From assembly GCF_963921235.1 (NCBI RefSeq), contig NC_086097.1, forward strand, positions 31,126,001 through 31,190,000: DNA of 64,000 nucleotides. The letters are read 5' to 3'. The notes beneath the pieces are model-generated. The model searched no databases, was not told the DNA's origin, and saw only the letters and a program-made list of their open reading frames with translations. The DNA comes from Mobula hypostoma. Taxonomy: Eukaryota. The translations under genes and the position numbers were made by a program. This document shows, piece after piece, positions 1 through 11,649 of this stretch (position 1 is its first letter; every line of letters begins with the position of its first letter).

Positions 1-41
1 GGAATGTCCCCTTTGTTTTCCTTCTGTGCAGCAACAGACAC

Positions 42-297
42 GACCGGCTGGTGGCGCAGTGGCATCAGCGCCGGACTCCGGAGCGAAGGCTCCCGAGTTC
101 AAATCCAAGTTGGGCCACCCCCCGAGCAGCCTTTCTATCCGTGCTGGGTTGAGCATCAAGCTAGCCACTCGGCCTTGTAAAAAAAGGGTCATGTCAGGAA
201 CATTCATAACGTGACCCGATTAATCTGAAAGGAGACCAATCCCGACACTACGTGACAGACTAGAATGGCCGACTATCTGGTGCAACATGCTAAAAAA
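42..297 (+). mobile_element. Young tRNA-derived SINE with A-tail and 12-bp TSD
   Basis: A box TGGCGCAGTGG at 52-62, B-box-like GAGTTCAAATCC at 95-106, A-tail, exact flanking repeat AGCAACAGACAC at 30-41 and 298-309; CpG-rich. Confidence 0.85.
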
Positions 298-579
298 AGC
301 AACAGACACTGCTTTATGAGCTTTTCACAAACCGCCTTAAAACAAAAGGGAGAAGGTTATGCCTCAGGAACAAATTTCACTATTGCAGCAGAACTAGGAG
401 AGCATGAAAGCTCAGTTCCCTGATAGGAATAAACCACCTCGACTTAACAGGTTCAGATTTATTTGTCACATGTACATCAAAGCATACAGTGAAATGCATC
501 ATTTGGTGTAACAAACAACACAGCCCAAGAGTGCGCTGGGAGCAATCAACAAGGGTCGCCACACATTCCAGCACCAGCA

Positions 580-1190
580 CAGAATCAGAATCAGGTTTAT
601 TATCACCAGCACGTGTTGTGAAATTTGTTAACTTAGCAGCAGCAGCTCAACGCAATACATAAGATAGACTAAAAAGAATAAAAATAATAAATAAATAAAT
701 AAATCAATTACAGTGTACGTATATTGAATAGATTTAAAATCGTGCAAAACAGAAATATATATTAAAAAAGTAAGGTAGGATTCACGGATTCAACGTCCAT
801 TTAGGAATCAGATGGCAGAGGGGAAGAAGTCGTATCTGAATCATTGAGCGTGTGCTTTCAGGCTTCTGCACCTCCCACCTGATGGTAACAGTGAGAAAAG
901 GACATGCCCTGGGTGCTGGGGGTCCTTAATAATGGATGGCCTTTCTGAGCCAACGCTCCTTGAAGATGTTCTGGATACTTTGTAGGCTAGTGCCCAAGAT
1001 GGAGCTGACTAGATTTACGACCCTCTGCATCTTCTTTTGGTCCTGTGCAAAAGCACACCACCACCACCCCCCCCCCCCATACCAGACAGTGATGCAGCCT
1101 GTCAGAATGCTCTCCATGGTACATCTATAGAAGCTTTTGAGTGTTTTTGTTGACATACTAAACATCTTCAAGCTCCTAATGAAGTATCGT
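580..1190 (-). mobile_element. Rex1/Babar-like LINE 3' fragment
   Basis: Translation ...QLRYFIRSLKMFSMSTKTLKSFYRCTMESILTGCITVWYG...; (ATTCTG)n-type tail at the left end. Confidence 0.8.
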
Positions 1191-1585
1191 AGCTGTTTTA
1201 CCATCAAAACAACTGCAAAACAAGCCACTTTCCCAGACACACACACACACACACAAACCAAGCTTCCAACATCCAGTGCTTGGCCCCAGACTCTCACTCG
1301 CAGACAATGGGCCGACTTCCAGTCTCTGGCCTGGTCTTGCAGACATTGGTGATGGCCAGGGCAGAATTAAAATATGGAAGAAAACGTCGAACTCAAGGAC
1401 AGTGGAAGCAGATAAACCAATTGTCTTTGTTCTTACCATGAGATCAAAGGAATGGAGGCTGCCATTTTGTGAAACAGCTCTGCGTCCTCTATTTTGTGAG
1501 ATGAAGTTGCTTGGTTTGATTAATGTTTTAAAGTAGACACAATGATGCTCCTGGTAATCTGCTGAAGCAGAGATCATACCCAAAT

Positions 1586-1684
1586 ATTTAACTATTTATG
1601 GTTCTATTACTATTTATTATTTATGGAGCAACTGTAACGAAAACCAATTTCTCCCGGGATTAATAAAGTATGACTATGACTATG
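1586..1684 (+). mobile_element. Rex1/Babar-like LINE 3' tail
   Basis: AATTTCTCCCGGGATTAATAAAG followed by (TATGAC)n; an antisense copy of the same tail interrupts the CR1 at about 8802-8841. Confidence 0.6.
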
Positions 1685-2049
1685 GGGTCTGTTGTCTACC
1701 CTGAGTGATTCAAACTGGTTATTGGTTTTGTATATGATTTTAAACAAAGAACCATAAATTACTAGCTGTCAGTTGTCACTTGTGGAAGAAGGATAATAAA
1801 TGGATGCTGGCAGAGCCAATAAGAAAGTGTTAAAGGTCACTCAGATGACCCATAGCCAACAACATTGAAATGTAACGTTTGAACTAGTGAAGAATGAGTA
1901 TAAAACCAGAGGTTTTCAGATACAAGATATATAGATAGAAAGATATTTTATTGATCCCAAAGGAAATTAGTGTCACAGCAGCATTACAAGTGCACAGATA
2001 TAAATATTAGAAGAAAAGTAGAAAGAATAAAAAATTTTTAAAAAACCAT

Positions 2050-2198
2050 ACATCACACACAAAAAATGCTGGTGAACGCAGCAGGCCAGGCAGCAACTAT
2101 AGGAAGAGGTACAGTCGAAATTTCAGGCCGAGACCCTTCGTCAGGACTAACCGAAAGAAGAGATAGTAAGAGATTTGAAAGTGGGAGGGGGAGGGGAC
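2050..2198 (-). mobile_element. Penelope-derived short element with hammerhead-like motif (2113-2148)
   Basis: Minus strand AGTC-CTGACGA-AGGGTCTCGGCCT-GAAA-TTTC-GACT; same family as 21826-21986. Confidence 0.7.
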
Positions 2199-3101
2199 AT
2201 CCGAAAGTGCGAGGTTTTCCACACGGACGGGATCCTTTCCGGGCTGAGACTCAGATTTAGAGTGTGCAGAGAACTCTACACAACTCTACACAGCTGCTCA
2301 GCACACCCCTTCAGGACCCTGGGGTTCACACCATCTAGTCCCAATGGTTTGGTGTGTCTGAGTTTCCTCAGAGCCCCTCTCACCTGCTCAGTAGTGAAGG
2401 TGAGTCCATGATGACTGGAGGGGGTTAATGGAAGGTGGGGCTGGGGAAGGTGATGATTGGGATGATAGCAGTTGGAATGCGGAGGTGTGGATGGTAGGTG
2501 CAGGGCAAAGAAGGGATGTAGATAGTGGTAGCCTGTATTGTTTATCCACATGTTGAACTGGAAGGGGGAGGAGGAAGGCATTGATGTTGGGGGAGCATTG
2601 AGTACCTCTGCACCTAGACTGGTGTGCTGAGGGGGTGTGAACAGGGGATTAATTGTCAAAACTATTGAAGAATTGGTTTAATTTATTAGCCCATTGACAG
2701 CTGCATTCCAAAGCTCTACAGCCAGGCTGATTGAGGTCAGTGGTGTTCTCCATGCCTCTCCACACCTCCCGTGTGCTACTCTGCCCAAGCTTGTTCTCCA
2801 GCTCTCTCCTGTATTCTTCTTTAGCCACCTTGATCTTCATCTTCAGCTCCCTCTGCACATGTTTCAATTCCTCCCTGTCTCCTGATCTAAAGGCTCTCTT
2901 TGTGGTTGAGAACCATCAGATCACTGGTAACCCATGGTTTGTTGTTAGGGAAGCAGCGAACAGCTCTTGATGGTGTTACAGTGTCCATACGGAAGTTGAT
3001 GTAGCCAATGATGAAATCAGTAAGTTCATTAATGTCCTCCCCATATGGTTGACAATGCATGTTCCAGTCAGTAGCCTCAAAGCAGCCCTTCAAAGTCTCA
3101 A

Positions 3102-3238
3102 ACACGAGGAATTTCACAGATGCTGGAAGTTCAAGCAATACACATCAAAGTTGCTGGTGAACGCAGCAGGCCAGGCAGCACCTCTTCCTAGAGATGCTGC
3201 CTGGCCTGCTGCGTTCACCAGCAACTTTGATGTGTATT
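3102..3238. mobile_element. Fold-back Penelope-derived insertion, 15-bp TSD
   Basis: Perfect inverted arms of about 44 bp (AATACACATC...CAGGCAGCA) with a 14-nt loop; TSD CCTTCAAAGTCTCAA at 3087-3101 and 3239-3253. Confidence 0.85.
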
Positions 3239-5134
3239 CCTTCAAAGTCTCAATGGCCTCTGGAGACCATTCCTTTACTATCTTGGTGACGTCTAGCTGG
3301 TGCTGTACTTTGGGCTTATACAAGGGCATGAGGTGAACCAAGTTGTGATCCCAAGGGGGGGAGAGCTGTGGAACTGTATGCATCTTTAACATTTGCAGAC
3401 AAGAGATCCAGCGCTTTATTTTCCCTTGTATTACACTTGACAAACTGATTGAGCTGATAATGATAACCCTCTCCACAGATCCAACACCACAAGGAAGAAC
3501 TCCCACGCCAGGGGGTGGGAGAAGAAAGGATCAATCGTCTGGCCAACAGAGATCCCCTATTTCGGTGTTATAAAATGGAAACGAGGTCTGAGTGAGTACT
3601 GGTACAAAGGGAACAGAAGAATTCATGTTTTAAGTTGTTGGCCTGGGGTCAACATAGCTACATTGTTGTTTGTGCAGAGACAATAAAGTGCGAGCTTCAA
3701 TTAATTACGAGTTAAGTAATGATTTTCCTAACCTAGTTACATTGATGAATGGCCAAATTCGGGTCTCTGACCGTCAGGTAAGCTGACCCAGGGGCTTAGA
3801 CCTTCAGGCCTCTACCTCTTCTCTTGCTGACTTTGGTCTTCAACGTTTGAGCTTTTACCTCCAGATGCATCGGCCTCTGGGTATTGACTCCAGGACTTGC
3901 CATTCACGAGACTTTGACTTTCGGGCCTTGACATTCGGACTTGCACAGATCTTGAAACCCGTGACGGGGGCGGACAGCAGTATTGAGCTAAGAGTGTCAG
4001 CCAGGATCCTCGGGAGTGCATTCTGAGCCTTCAGAGTGCCAACATTTCAGCCACAGGTGACTAAAGGATGGAAACACACTGAGCAAAGGCAGTACGGGGG
4101 CCAGAGGAAGAACGAATGAGAGATGACGATTCCAGCACAGCTGAAGTAAGACACTTAGATTCCCACTGCTCTCGGAAAACCACAATAAAGAAAGGAATGT
4201 CCTTGGGCATTAAAACTGGATCATGCAGAATCTCGCCTAAACCGCTCAAAACGCATATGTGCAGTTCAGCTGTTCAGCAGTTTAGCAACACATCAGCCAA
4301 GTTCGACAAGGAAAAATTCATACCCAGAAGTGATCGCAAGTCAGAAATTCTATCAGTACCCACACATGAGCTGGGACATAAAAAGATAGCCTTGCATTTC
4401 TATGGAAATTTTTATGTCCCTTTCAAAGTGACACAAATGCTCTATTTTCCAAGTATATTGTAACACACAGAACATTATAGGTCCCATGCAATAAACTCCC
4501 TAAGCCAGCAATATGATGATTTAATTTTAATAAATTCATTTTCCAGGCTGTGTTAAGGGTTCCCTGTCACAGATCTCTGCAAAGGGAGAGAGTAAGAGCG
4601 TTTTTCCCAGGATGGAAATGTCAGATACTAAACGACATAGCTTCAAGGTAATAAGGGGAAAGTTTAAAGGTGTACAGACAAAGTGTTTTTACACAGGGAG
4701 TGGAAGGTAACTGGATTGTGACACCAGGGAAAGTGGGAGAAACAGAAGAGCAATATTTTAGAAAGCCATGAAATGGAGGGATATGGACTACATGCAGGAA
4801 GATGGGAATTGTGTGGATTGGTATCATGGCTGGCATTGGCATGTTCCTGTGCTGCACTGTTCTATGTTCTATGTCCAGGTGTCACTGGGAAAGGCAACTA
4901 TTGCTGTTCCCACCGGCCCTTGGGAAGGTGGGAGAACAGTTCCAGCCTGTCCAGACTCTCCTCATAGCTCGAATCCACAGGCCAACAGCAACACCCCTGT
5001 GAATCTTCTCAGCATATAACATAGAACAGTACAGCACATGAACAGGCTCTCTGGCCCACAATGTTGTACCAAACTAATTGAAGTAGTTATCAACTAATTT
5101 CATCCCTTTTGCCTAGAGGAAAGGGGGGGGGGCA

Positions 5135-5860
5135 GTGCAAATGCTCCTGTTGACATCAAAGATGCTGAGGTTGAGAGAGTTGAGAACTTTAAGTTATTAG
5201 GTGCGAACATCCCCAATAATCTTTCCTGACCCAATCACATTGATGGTATGGCCGATAAAGCTTACCAAAGCCTCTACTTTCCTCAAGAACCTAAAGAGGT
5301 TTGGCATGTCTTCTGTCGACTATTGCCAATTTTCATCAATGCATCATGGAAAACATTCTGTCTGGATACACATTGATTTGATATGGCAACTGTTTTGCAC
5401 ATGACCACAAGAAACTGCAGGGTTCTGGACGCAACTCGGCACATCACAGGACAGAGCCTCCCTTCTATGGACACTGTCTATACTTGCTGCCTCAGTACAA
5501 CTCCATCATGGGCACTAGGCTTCTCACCATCGAGGAAATCTTCAAAAAGCAATGTCTCAAAATATTCACCGTAAACGACTCTCACCATCCAGGACATTCC
5601 CTCTTCTCATTACTATCATCAGGCAGGCAGTACAGGAGCCTGAAGTAACACACTCAATGTTTTAGGAACAGTTTCTTCCCTCCACCATCAGATTTCTGAG
5701 CAGTCTATGAACACTACCTCACTATTTTTTTCCTTTACATTACATTTTTTATGGTAATTTATAATTTTTTTAAAAAATGCATTGCACTCTACTGCTGCTA
5801 CAAAACAACAAATTTCATGGCGTATATCAGTGATAATAAACCTCACTCTGATTCTAAATC
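5135..5860 (+). mobile_element. Rex1/Babar-like LINE 3' fragments
   Basis: Decayed EVERVENFKLLG and LYFLKNLKRFGMS motifs; tail GATAATAAACCTCACTCTGATTCT. Confidence 0.65.
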
Positions 5861-5945
5861 AAAGACCCCACCCACCCTGAATATTCTCTCTTTTCCCCTC
5901 TCCCATCATGGGGCGGAAGATACAAAAGCCCAAGCTTTGCCAACA

Positions 5946-6125
5946 TAGCAAGCCCATGACTTACTAACCCTAATGCATACATCCTTGGATTGTGGGAGGA
6001 AACTAGAGCACTCGGAAGAAACCCAGGCGGTCAGGTGGAAAACATACAAACTTCTTACAGACAGTGATGGGAATTGAATCCCCATCACTACCCCTGTAAA
6101 GCACTACAGTGACTGCCATGCTACT
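5946..6125 (-). mobile_element. V-domain tRNA-SINE
   Basis: Reverse complement of the GGGTTTCTTCCGAGTGCTCTAGTTTCCTCCCACA core and a B-box-like GATTCAATTCCC. Confidence 0.7.
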
Positions 6126-6605
6126 GAGCAGCCCTCATGGCTCTTGAACTCAATCCCCCGATTAATGAAGGCCTACATTCCGTATGCCTATACACATGTG
6201 CTGTAACTTCAAAGGATCTACGGATGTGTACCCCACAGTCACTCTGTTCCTCCACACTGCAAACAATCCTGCTGTTAAACCTGTACTCTGCTTTCAAGTT
6301 TGACCTTCCAAAATGAATCATGCCTCACTTTTCTGCGTTCAACTCCATCTGCCACTTCTCAGCCCAGCTCTGTATCTTATGAATGTCCCATTGTAACCTA
6401 AGTCAACTTTCTGCACTATCCACAACACCATCAATCTACTTCTCATCTGCAAACTTATTAACCCACCCTTCCACATCTTCACTCAAGATATTTATAAAGA
6501 TCACAAAGAGCAGGGATCACACCACTGGTCACCAACCTCCGGGCAGGAGACACTCCATCTATAATCACCCTCTGCATTCTGTAGGCAAGCCAATTCTGAA
6601 TCCAC
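6126..6605 (-). mobile_element. CR1 LINE RT fragment
   Basis: WAEKWQMELNA..MIHFGRSNLKAEY motif on the minus strand. Confidence 0.75.
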
Positions 6606-6850
6606 TAACAAACAAACATGAAGAGGTAGAATTGGAAAAGCTTCGAGATCTAATCAGCAGCTCATCTCTCAGTTTGCACAATGGAGTTCTGCTGCCAAGC
6701 ACAAACCTTTCTCCCAACTGCCGTCTCACTACTTCAGCAGCAGATCAAGGACAGAGGGGCTCATGACAGATGTCACAGTCTTTTTATATAAGTGCATTCC
6801 TTGTTCACACACAGCCCTGTGGGCCATACATTCTTGCTGATCAGACGTAC

Positions 6851-7132
6851 CTGCCTCAGATTCTTCAGCTGCTATGCACTCCTCAATGGATTCCTTTAGC
6901 CCCAGACTGGCTGCAGTTGGGAGGGGACCAAACAGAGACAATATGTTGGGCGGTTTGGGGGGAGGCTCTAATTCCTTCTCTTCCTCTGCTTTGTCATTCT
7001 CCTTCGGTTGGTCTCCATTGAGGAAGTGATCACAGAGCTCCTTGTTGAGATGGTTCGCCACTGCTGTCAATTCTTCATCCTCCCCCTCTTCCTCTCCTAA
7101 CGAGGCGACTGAGGAACCGTCATCTTGTCCAT
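6851..7132 (-). CDS. BRF1: BRF1 coding exon (about exon 11), 282 nt, acidic linker
   Basis: tccag|AT GGA CAA...GAG GCA G|gtacgt = (D)GQDDGSSVASLGEEEGEDEELTAVANHLNKEL...LFGPLPTAASLGLKESIEECIAAEESEA; the PLPTAASLG and EDEEL..A.HLNK motifs match BRF1. Confidence 0.93.
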
Positions 7133-7592
7133 CTGGAAAACAATACCAGCCCTGTCAGGACTAAAGATGTCAACACGAGGCAGGCGGAGACCACCCTGCT
7201 GAGAGAACAATCCGCAGGATACTTTTACTTATTTAGAGATGCCATGCAGAACAGGCCCTTTCGGTCCAATGAGCCGTGCTGCTCAACAACCTACACATTT
7301 AACCCCAGCCTAATCACAGGACAATTTATAATGACCAATTACCCTGCTAACTGGTATATCTTGGACTGTGGGAAGAAACCAGAGCACCCAGAGGAAACCC
7401 ATGCGCTCATGAGGACACACGTACTTCTTACAGGCGGCATCAGAATTGGCTTTTTACGTAAGTTTTGCACTTTTAACCACCACAATCCCTAAACTATACT
7501 CAAGCCTTGTAATAAAGTTAGTAATGATGAGCTTTCTCAAAAGCACCTCGAAACATACAGTAAAGAGCATCGTTTGCATCAACAGCCAACAA

Positions 7593-9098
7593 TGAAAGTA
7601 AGCTAGCCAATCATATTAAGATGAATACCAAAAATTTCTTCAGATACAAAGTGTAAAAGAGCGGTGAGAGTGACCGCCGGAAAACGATGTTGGAGGTAGT
7701 AATGGGGGGCAACAAAATGGCGGACAAACTGAGTAAGTATTTTGCATCAGCCTTCACCGTGGAAGACACTAGCAGTATGGTGGAAATTCAGAAGGCATGA
7801 AGTCACGGCCATAGTCAGCATGGTTTCCTCAAGGGAAAATCTCGCCTGACAAATCTGTTCTTTGAAGAAATAACAACAGGATAGACAAAGGAGAATTGGT
7901 TGATGTTGTGTACTTGGATTTTCAGAAGGCCTTTGACAAGGTGTCGCACATAAGGCTGCTTAACAAGCTACGAGCCCATGGTATTACAGGATATATTCTA
8001 GCATGGATAAAGCAGTGGCTGATCAGCAGGAGGAAAAGTGAGAATAAAGGGAGCCTTTACTGGCTGGCTTCTGGTGACTAGTGGTGTCCTACAGGGGTCT
8101 ATGTTGGAACTGATTCTTTTTATGTCATATGTCAATGTTTTGGATGATGGAATTGATGGCTTTTGTTTGCAGACAAAAGACAGGTGGAGGGGCAGGTTGT
8201 TTTGATGAAGGAGAGCGGTGACAGGACTTCAACAGGTTAGGAGAATGGGCAAAGAAATGGCAGGTGGAATACAGTGTCGGAAAGTGTATGGTCATGCACT
8301 CTGGTAGAAGAAATGAAAGGGTAGACTATCTTCTAAATGAAGAGAAAATACAAAAAGCTGAGATGCAAAGAGACTTCGGAGTCCTTGTGCAGGATCCCCT
8401 AAAGGTTAACATGCAGGTTGAGTCTGTGGTGAGGAAGGCAAATGAAATGTTAGCATTCATTTCAAGAGGACTAGAATATAAAACCAAGGATGTAATGCTG
8501 ACACTTAGAAGTATTGTGAACAGTTTTGGGCTCTTACCTTAGAAAGGATGTGCTGAAACCAGAGAGGGTTCAAAGGAGGTTCATGAAAATAATTCAAGGA
8601 TTGAATGGCTTGTCATATGAAGAGTGTTTGAAGGCTCTGGGCCTGTTTTCACCACAATTCAGAAGAATGAGGGGTGACCACATTGAAACCTATCAAATGG
8701 TGAAAGGCCTTGATAGAGTAGATGTGGAGAGGATGTTTCCTGTGGTGGGAGAGTCTAAGATCAGAGGGCACAGCCTCAGAATAGAGGGGTCTCCTTTTAG
8801 ATCATATAGTCATAGTCATACTTTATTGATCCTGGGGGAAAACGGAGATCAGGAGGAAGTATTTTACCCAGAGAGTGGTGAATCTGTGGAATTCTTTGCC
8901 ACAGGCAGCTGTGGAGGCTGTCTTTATATATACTTAGAGCAGAGGTTGATAGATTCTCGATTGGTCAGGGTATGAAGGGATATGAGGAAAAGGCAGGAAA
9001 CTGCAGGAAAGGAAAATTGGACCAATCATAATGAAAGGCGGAACAGACTTGATGGGCGAAATGGCCTAATTCTGCTGCTATATCTTATGATCTTATAA
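7593..9098 (+). mobile_element. CR1 LINE, 5'-truncated and decayed
   Basis: VDVVYLDFQKAFDKV, GKCMVMHSGRRN and ERVQRRF motifs; typical 3' UTR ending TCTTATGATCTTAT. Confidence 0.9.
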
Positions 9099-10140
9099 TC
9101 AGAGGATGTGCTGGGATGTACTAAGCAAGCCCACAACTTACTAACCCGAACTGTATGTCTTTGAAATGTGGAAGGAAACCAAAGCACCTGGAGGAAACCC
9201 ATACAGTCACAGGAAGAATATACAAACTCCTTTCAGTCAATGGCAGAAATTGATCTCTGATTGGCGATACTGTGAAGTGTTACACTAGCTGCTATGCTAC
9301 CATGCCATACAATCCTATCTACCTGCTATTCAATAATATAAAAGTCAATGATAATTTAGCCTGTAACAAACAGCTGGCTCTGTCACTTCAAATTTAAATA
9401 CTCAAGCCCCACTACGAGATGTTAACCCAGTAACTTGCTATCTTGAAGCAAATGTTCCCTCTAAGGTGTGCACACACACATCTTTTGCCACGAGTGCACA
9501 AAAGAATTTCAACTGCACACCAGGGTTGTAATCTTCTACCTCATTAGCTTGTTTAGTATATTTCAGGATCGTACATTTCCTTTTCCCGTTTCCGATACTG
9601 ACGGTGTTGGCAATGTGGAGTTTGCAATGATTAGACTGCAGATTTTGGAATTGGCTTGTTGATACTGTTCTCATTGAACAAATTATTGATTCACCATGTT
9701 GAATACCATAGAATGTCACAGTGGTGGGGCATTGGGAGCAAGGGTGGACCCAAATGCAAGACACATCTTGTGAGGTTAATTAAATTTAGTTTATTGTTTG
9801 ATATCAGGAGAGCTAGGCAGGAACAGGAGTAGCGAACTGGACAAGGACTGAGGACTACGACTAGGCTGGGACAAGGGTCTGGGCTAGGACTTGGAATCGG
9901 CTCCCAGAACTAGAGGAGACATGAAGAGGCTAGGGTATGGACTCCGAGCCCGAGACTGGGCAAGGACCCAGTACCTGGGTCTTGCCTTGGGCTCGGACCT
10001 CAAAACCAGGCATGGACATGACACGGGCTAGGGAGGGGAGGAACATGGGAACACAGAGCCTCGGTCTCGAGACAGCAGGTACATGAAACCACGGACACAT
10101 ACACAGAACACAGAGTCGGGACCTTGGGTACAGGACATAG

Positions 10141-10500
10141 GGCCGGGACACATGACCCTCCGCGGGGCAACGGCAAGACGGCCTGACTTACCCCACGGAG
10201 GCGAGGACAAGACAAGACAGAACATGACCCCCTGCAGAGCAACGGCAAGACAGCCTGACCTAACCCACGGAGGCGAGGACAAGACACAACAAGACATGAC
10301 TCCCCGCGGGACAACGGCAAGACGGCCTGACTTACCCCATGGAGGCAAGGACGAGACAAGACATAACTCCCCGCGGGGCAATGGCAAGACGGCCAGACTT
10401 ACCCCCACGGAGGCGAGGACCAGACAAGACATGACCCCCCACAGAGCAACGGCAAGACGGCCTGACTTACCCCACAGAGGTGAGGACAAGACAAGACAAG
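10141..10500. repeat. Minisatellite, 67-72 bp unit x about 5
   Basis: CATGACCCC...GCAACGGCAAGACGGCCTGACTTACCCCACGGAGGCGAGGACAAGAC recurs at about 10151, 10223, 10295, 10362 and 10430. Confidence 0.92.
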
Positions 10501-10650
10501 ACCAACACGAATGAACACCAGACAGTACCTACCTAGCTCCTGCGATGGAACTAGACCGAAGTGCAGGCGGGGGCTGCAGACGAGGGCTTAGAGGTGAGAG
10601 GGGCAGAGAAGGGATTCAGACAAGGGGGTAGGACAGGAATCACAGACCAC

Positions 10651-10885
10651 AAGGGCCAGGACTTGACTTGGTGCTTGAATGCCGCCAGGGCCAGGACTCC
10701 ACTTGGGGCTTGAATGCCATCAGGACCAGGACTCGACTTGGTGCTCGAATGCCGTCAGGGCCAGGACTCGACTTGGTGCTAGAATGCCATCAGGGCCAGG
10801 ACTCGACTTGGTGCTAGAATGCTGCCAGGGCCAGGACTTGACTTGGTGCTAGAATGCCGCCAGGGGCAGGACTCGACTTGGAGCC
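10651..10885. repeat. Minisatellite, 35 bp unit x about 7
   Basis: AGGGCCAGGACTCGACTTGGTGCTAGAATGCCGCC with exact 35-nt period (10656, 10691, 10726, 10761, 10796, 10831, 10866). Confidence 0.95.
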
Positions 10886-11649
10886 TCCGGGTAGTGGCGA
10901 GCTCTCGACTCGGCCTGGGAACAGTAGACAGCGGTTCTTGATTCCCTCCGGCGGGTTAACTGACGGACCCACCTCGGTGAGGAAACTTTGCAGGCTCACT
11001 TTGGTGAGGTAACTTGACAGGGTTGCTCCGGTGAGGAAAGGCGAATTGCCGGCACTCGCTTCGGGTGGAGATTAAGCTTGCTCCGGCCAGATGACATTGG
11101 CATGCCGTACCTTTGGTGACTTTGCAGACGCTCCCGCCCGAGCAGCTCGCCAAAGTCGAGGGACACAGGAAAACAGGTCCAGATCGTAACATAAACAAGG
11201 TAAATTTAATGGGACCCCGATTTGGACCATGACACAGAAGGCTTATTATTGCTTTAACTGAAATAGCAGATCTTTTGCTTCAGGTTTACTCCCACTTAAA
11301 AATTCAGTGTGCACATGTTGTTGCACTGGACAAAAAATTGCACAGCACAAGATTTTTGCACACACTGGTCATTACAAATTAGAGGGAATGTTGCTTGAAG
11401 CGATTGATCTTTGGATAAATGCCTAAAAACCCTCAATTACAGCAATGGCACCTCATTCTCAGCTTCCCAATCTCTTGTGTTGTGGTAAGAGACTAGAATA
11501 TTTTCTATATGGTGCACTTCACTTTCCTCAGGTTAGATGGATAAGAGAGAAGCCGTGATCTGAGAGCTGTGGTAGGAGGGGAGGGGGCGTGGTTTGGTAA
11601 AGAGGAGGAAATTATACTAATATACTAACACTTCCCAGCTCAGCACAGA

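Larger units (their letters stand above)
1925..3545 (-). mobile_element. Decayed Rex1/Babar LINE (endonuclease C-terminus to start of RT, plus tail), interrupted by two Penelope-derived inserts
   Basis: Fragments TRENKALDLLSANVKDAY, DHNLVHLMPLYKP, CFPNNKPWVTSDL and GLDGVNPRVLKGCAEQLC in shifting frames. Confidence 0.8.
9714..11191 (-). mobile_element. Probable solo LTR (1.48 kb, GC-rich) with internal minisatellites
   Basis: TGTTAC...GTGACA termini on the minus strand, AATAAA near its 3' end (tttatt at about 9790), sharp GC/CpG contrast with flanks; no clean TSD. Confidence 0.65.
9450..11393. mobile_element. hAT-type MITE (about 470 bp net) interrupted by a solo LTR
   Basis: Terminal inverted repeats AAATGTTCCCTCTAA / TTAGAGGGAATGTTG; exact 8-bp TSD CTTGAAGC at 9442-9449 and 11394-11401. 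Confidence 0.85.

Noticed and set aside
42..115. tRNA gene
   Set aside because: No proper cloverleaf or acceptor stem; continues into a body, A-tail and TSD, so it is a SINE.
1..6850. Next BRF1 exon (GDGELDLSGIDD-like)
   Set aside because: Not found by eye; probably left of the window.
9535..9600. Possible small exon on the minus strand
   Set aside because: Lies within the hAT MITE; BRF1 exons 10 and 11 already join in frame.
10000..10514. Overlapping 119-153 aa ORFs
   Set aside because: Artefacts of a GC-rich minisatellite; the translations are repetitive.
10651..10885. 35-bp periodic repeat resembling a CRISPR array
   Set aside because: Units are head to tail with no unique spacers, there are no cas genes, and the context is a vertebrate intron.
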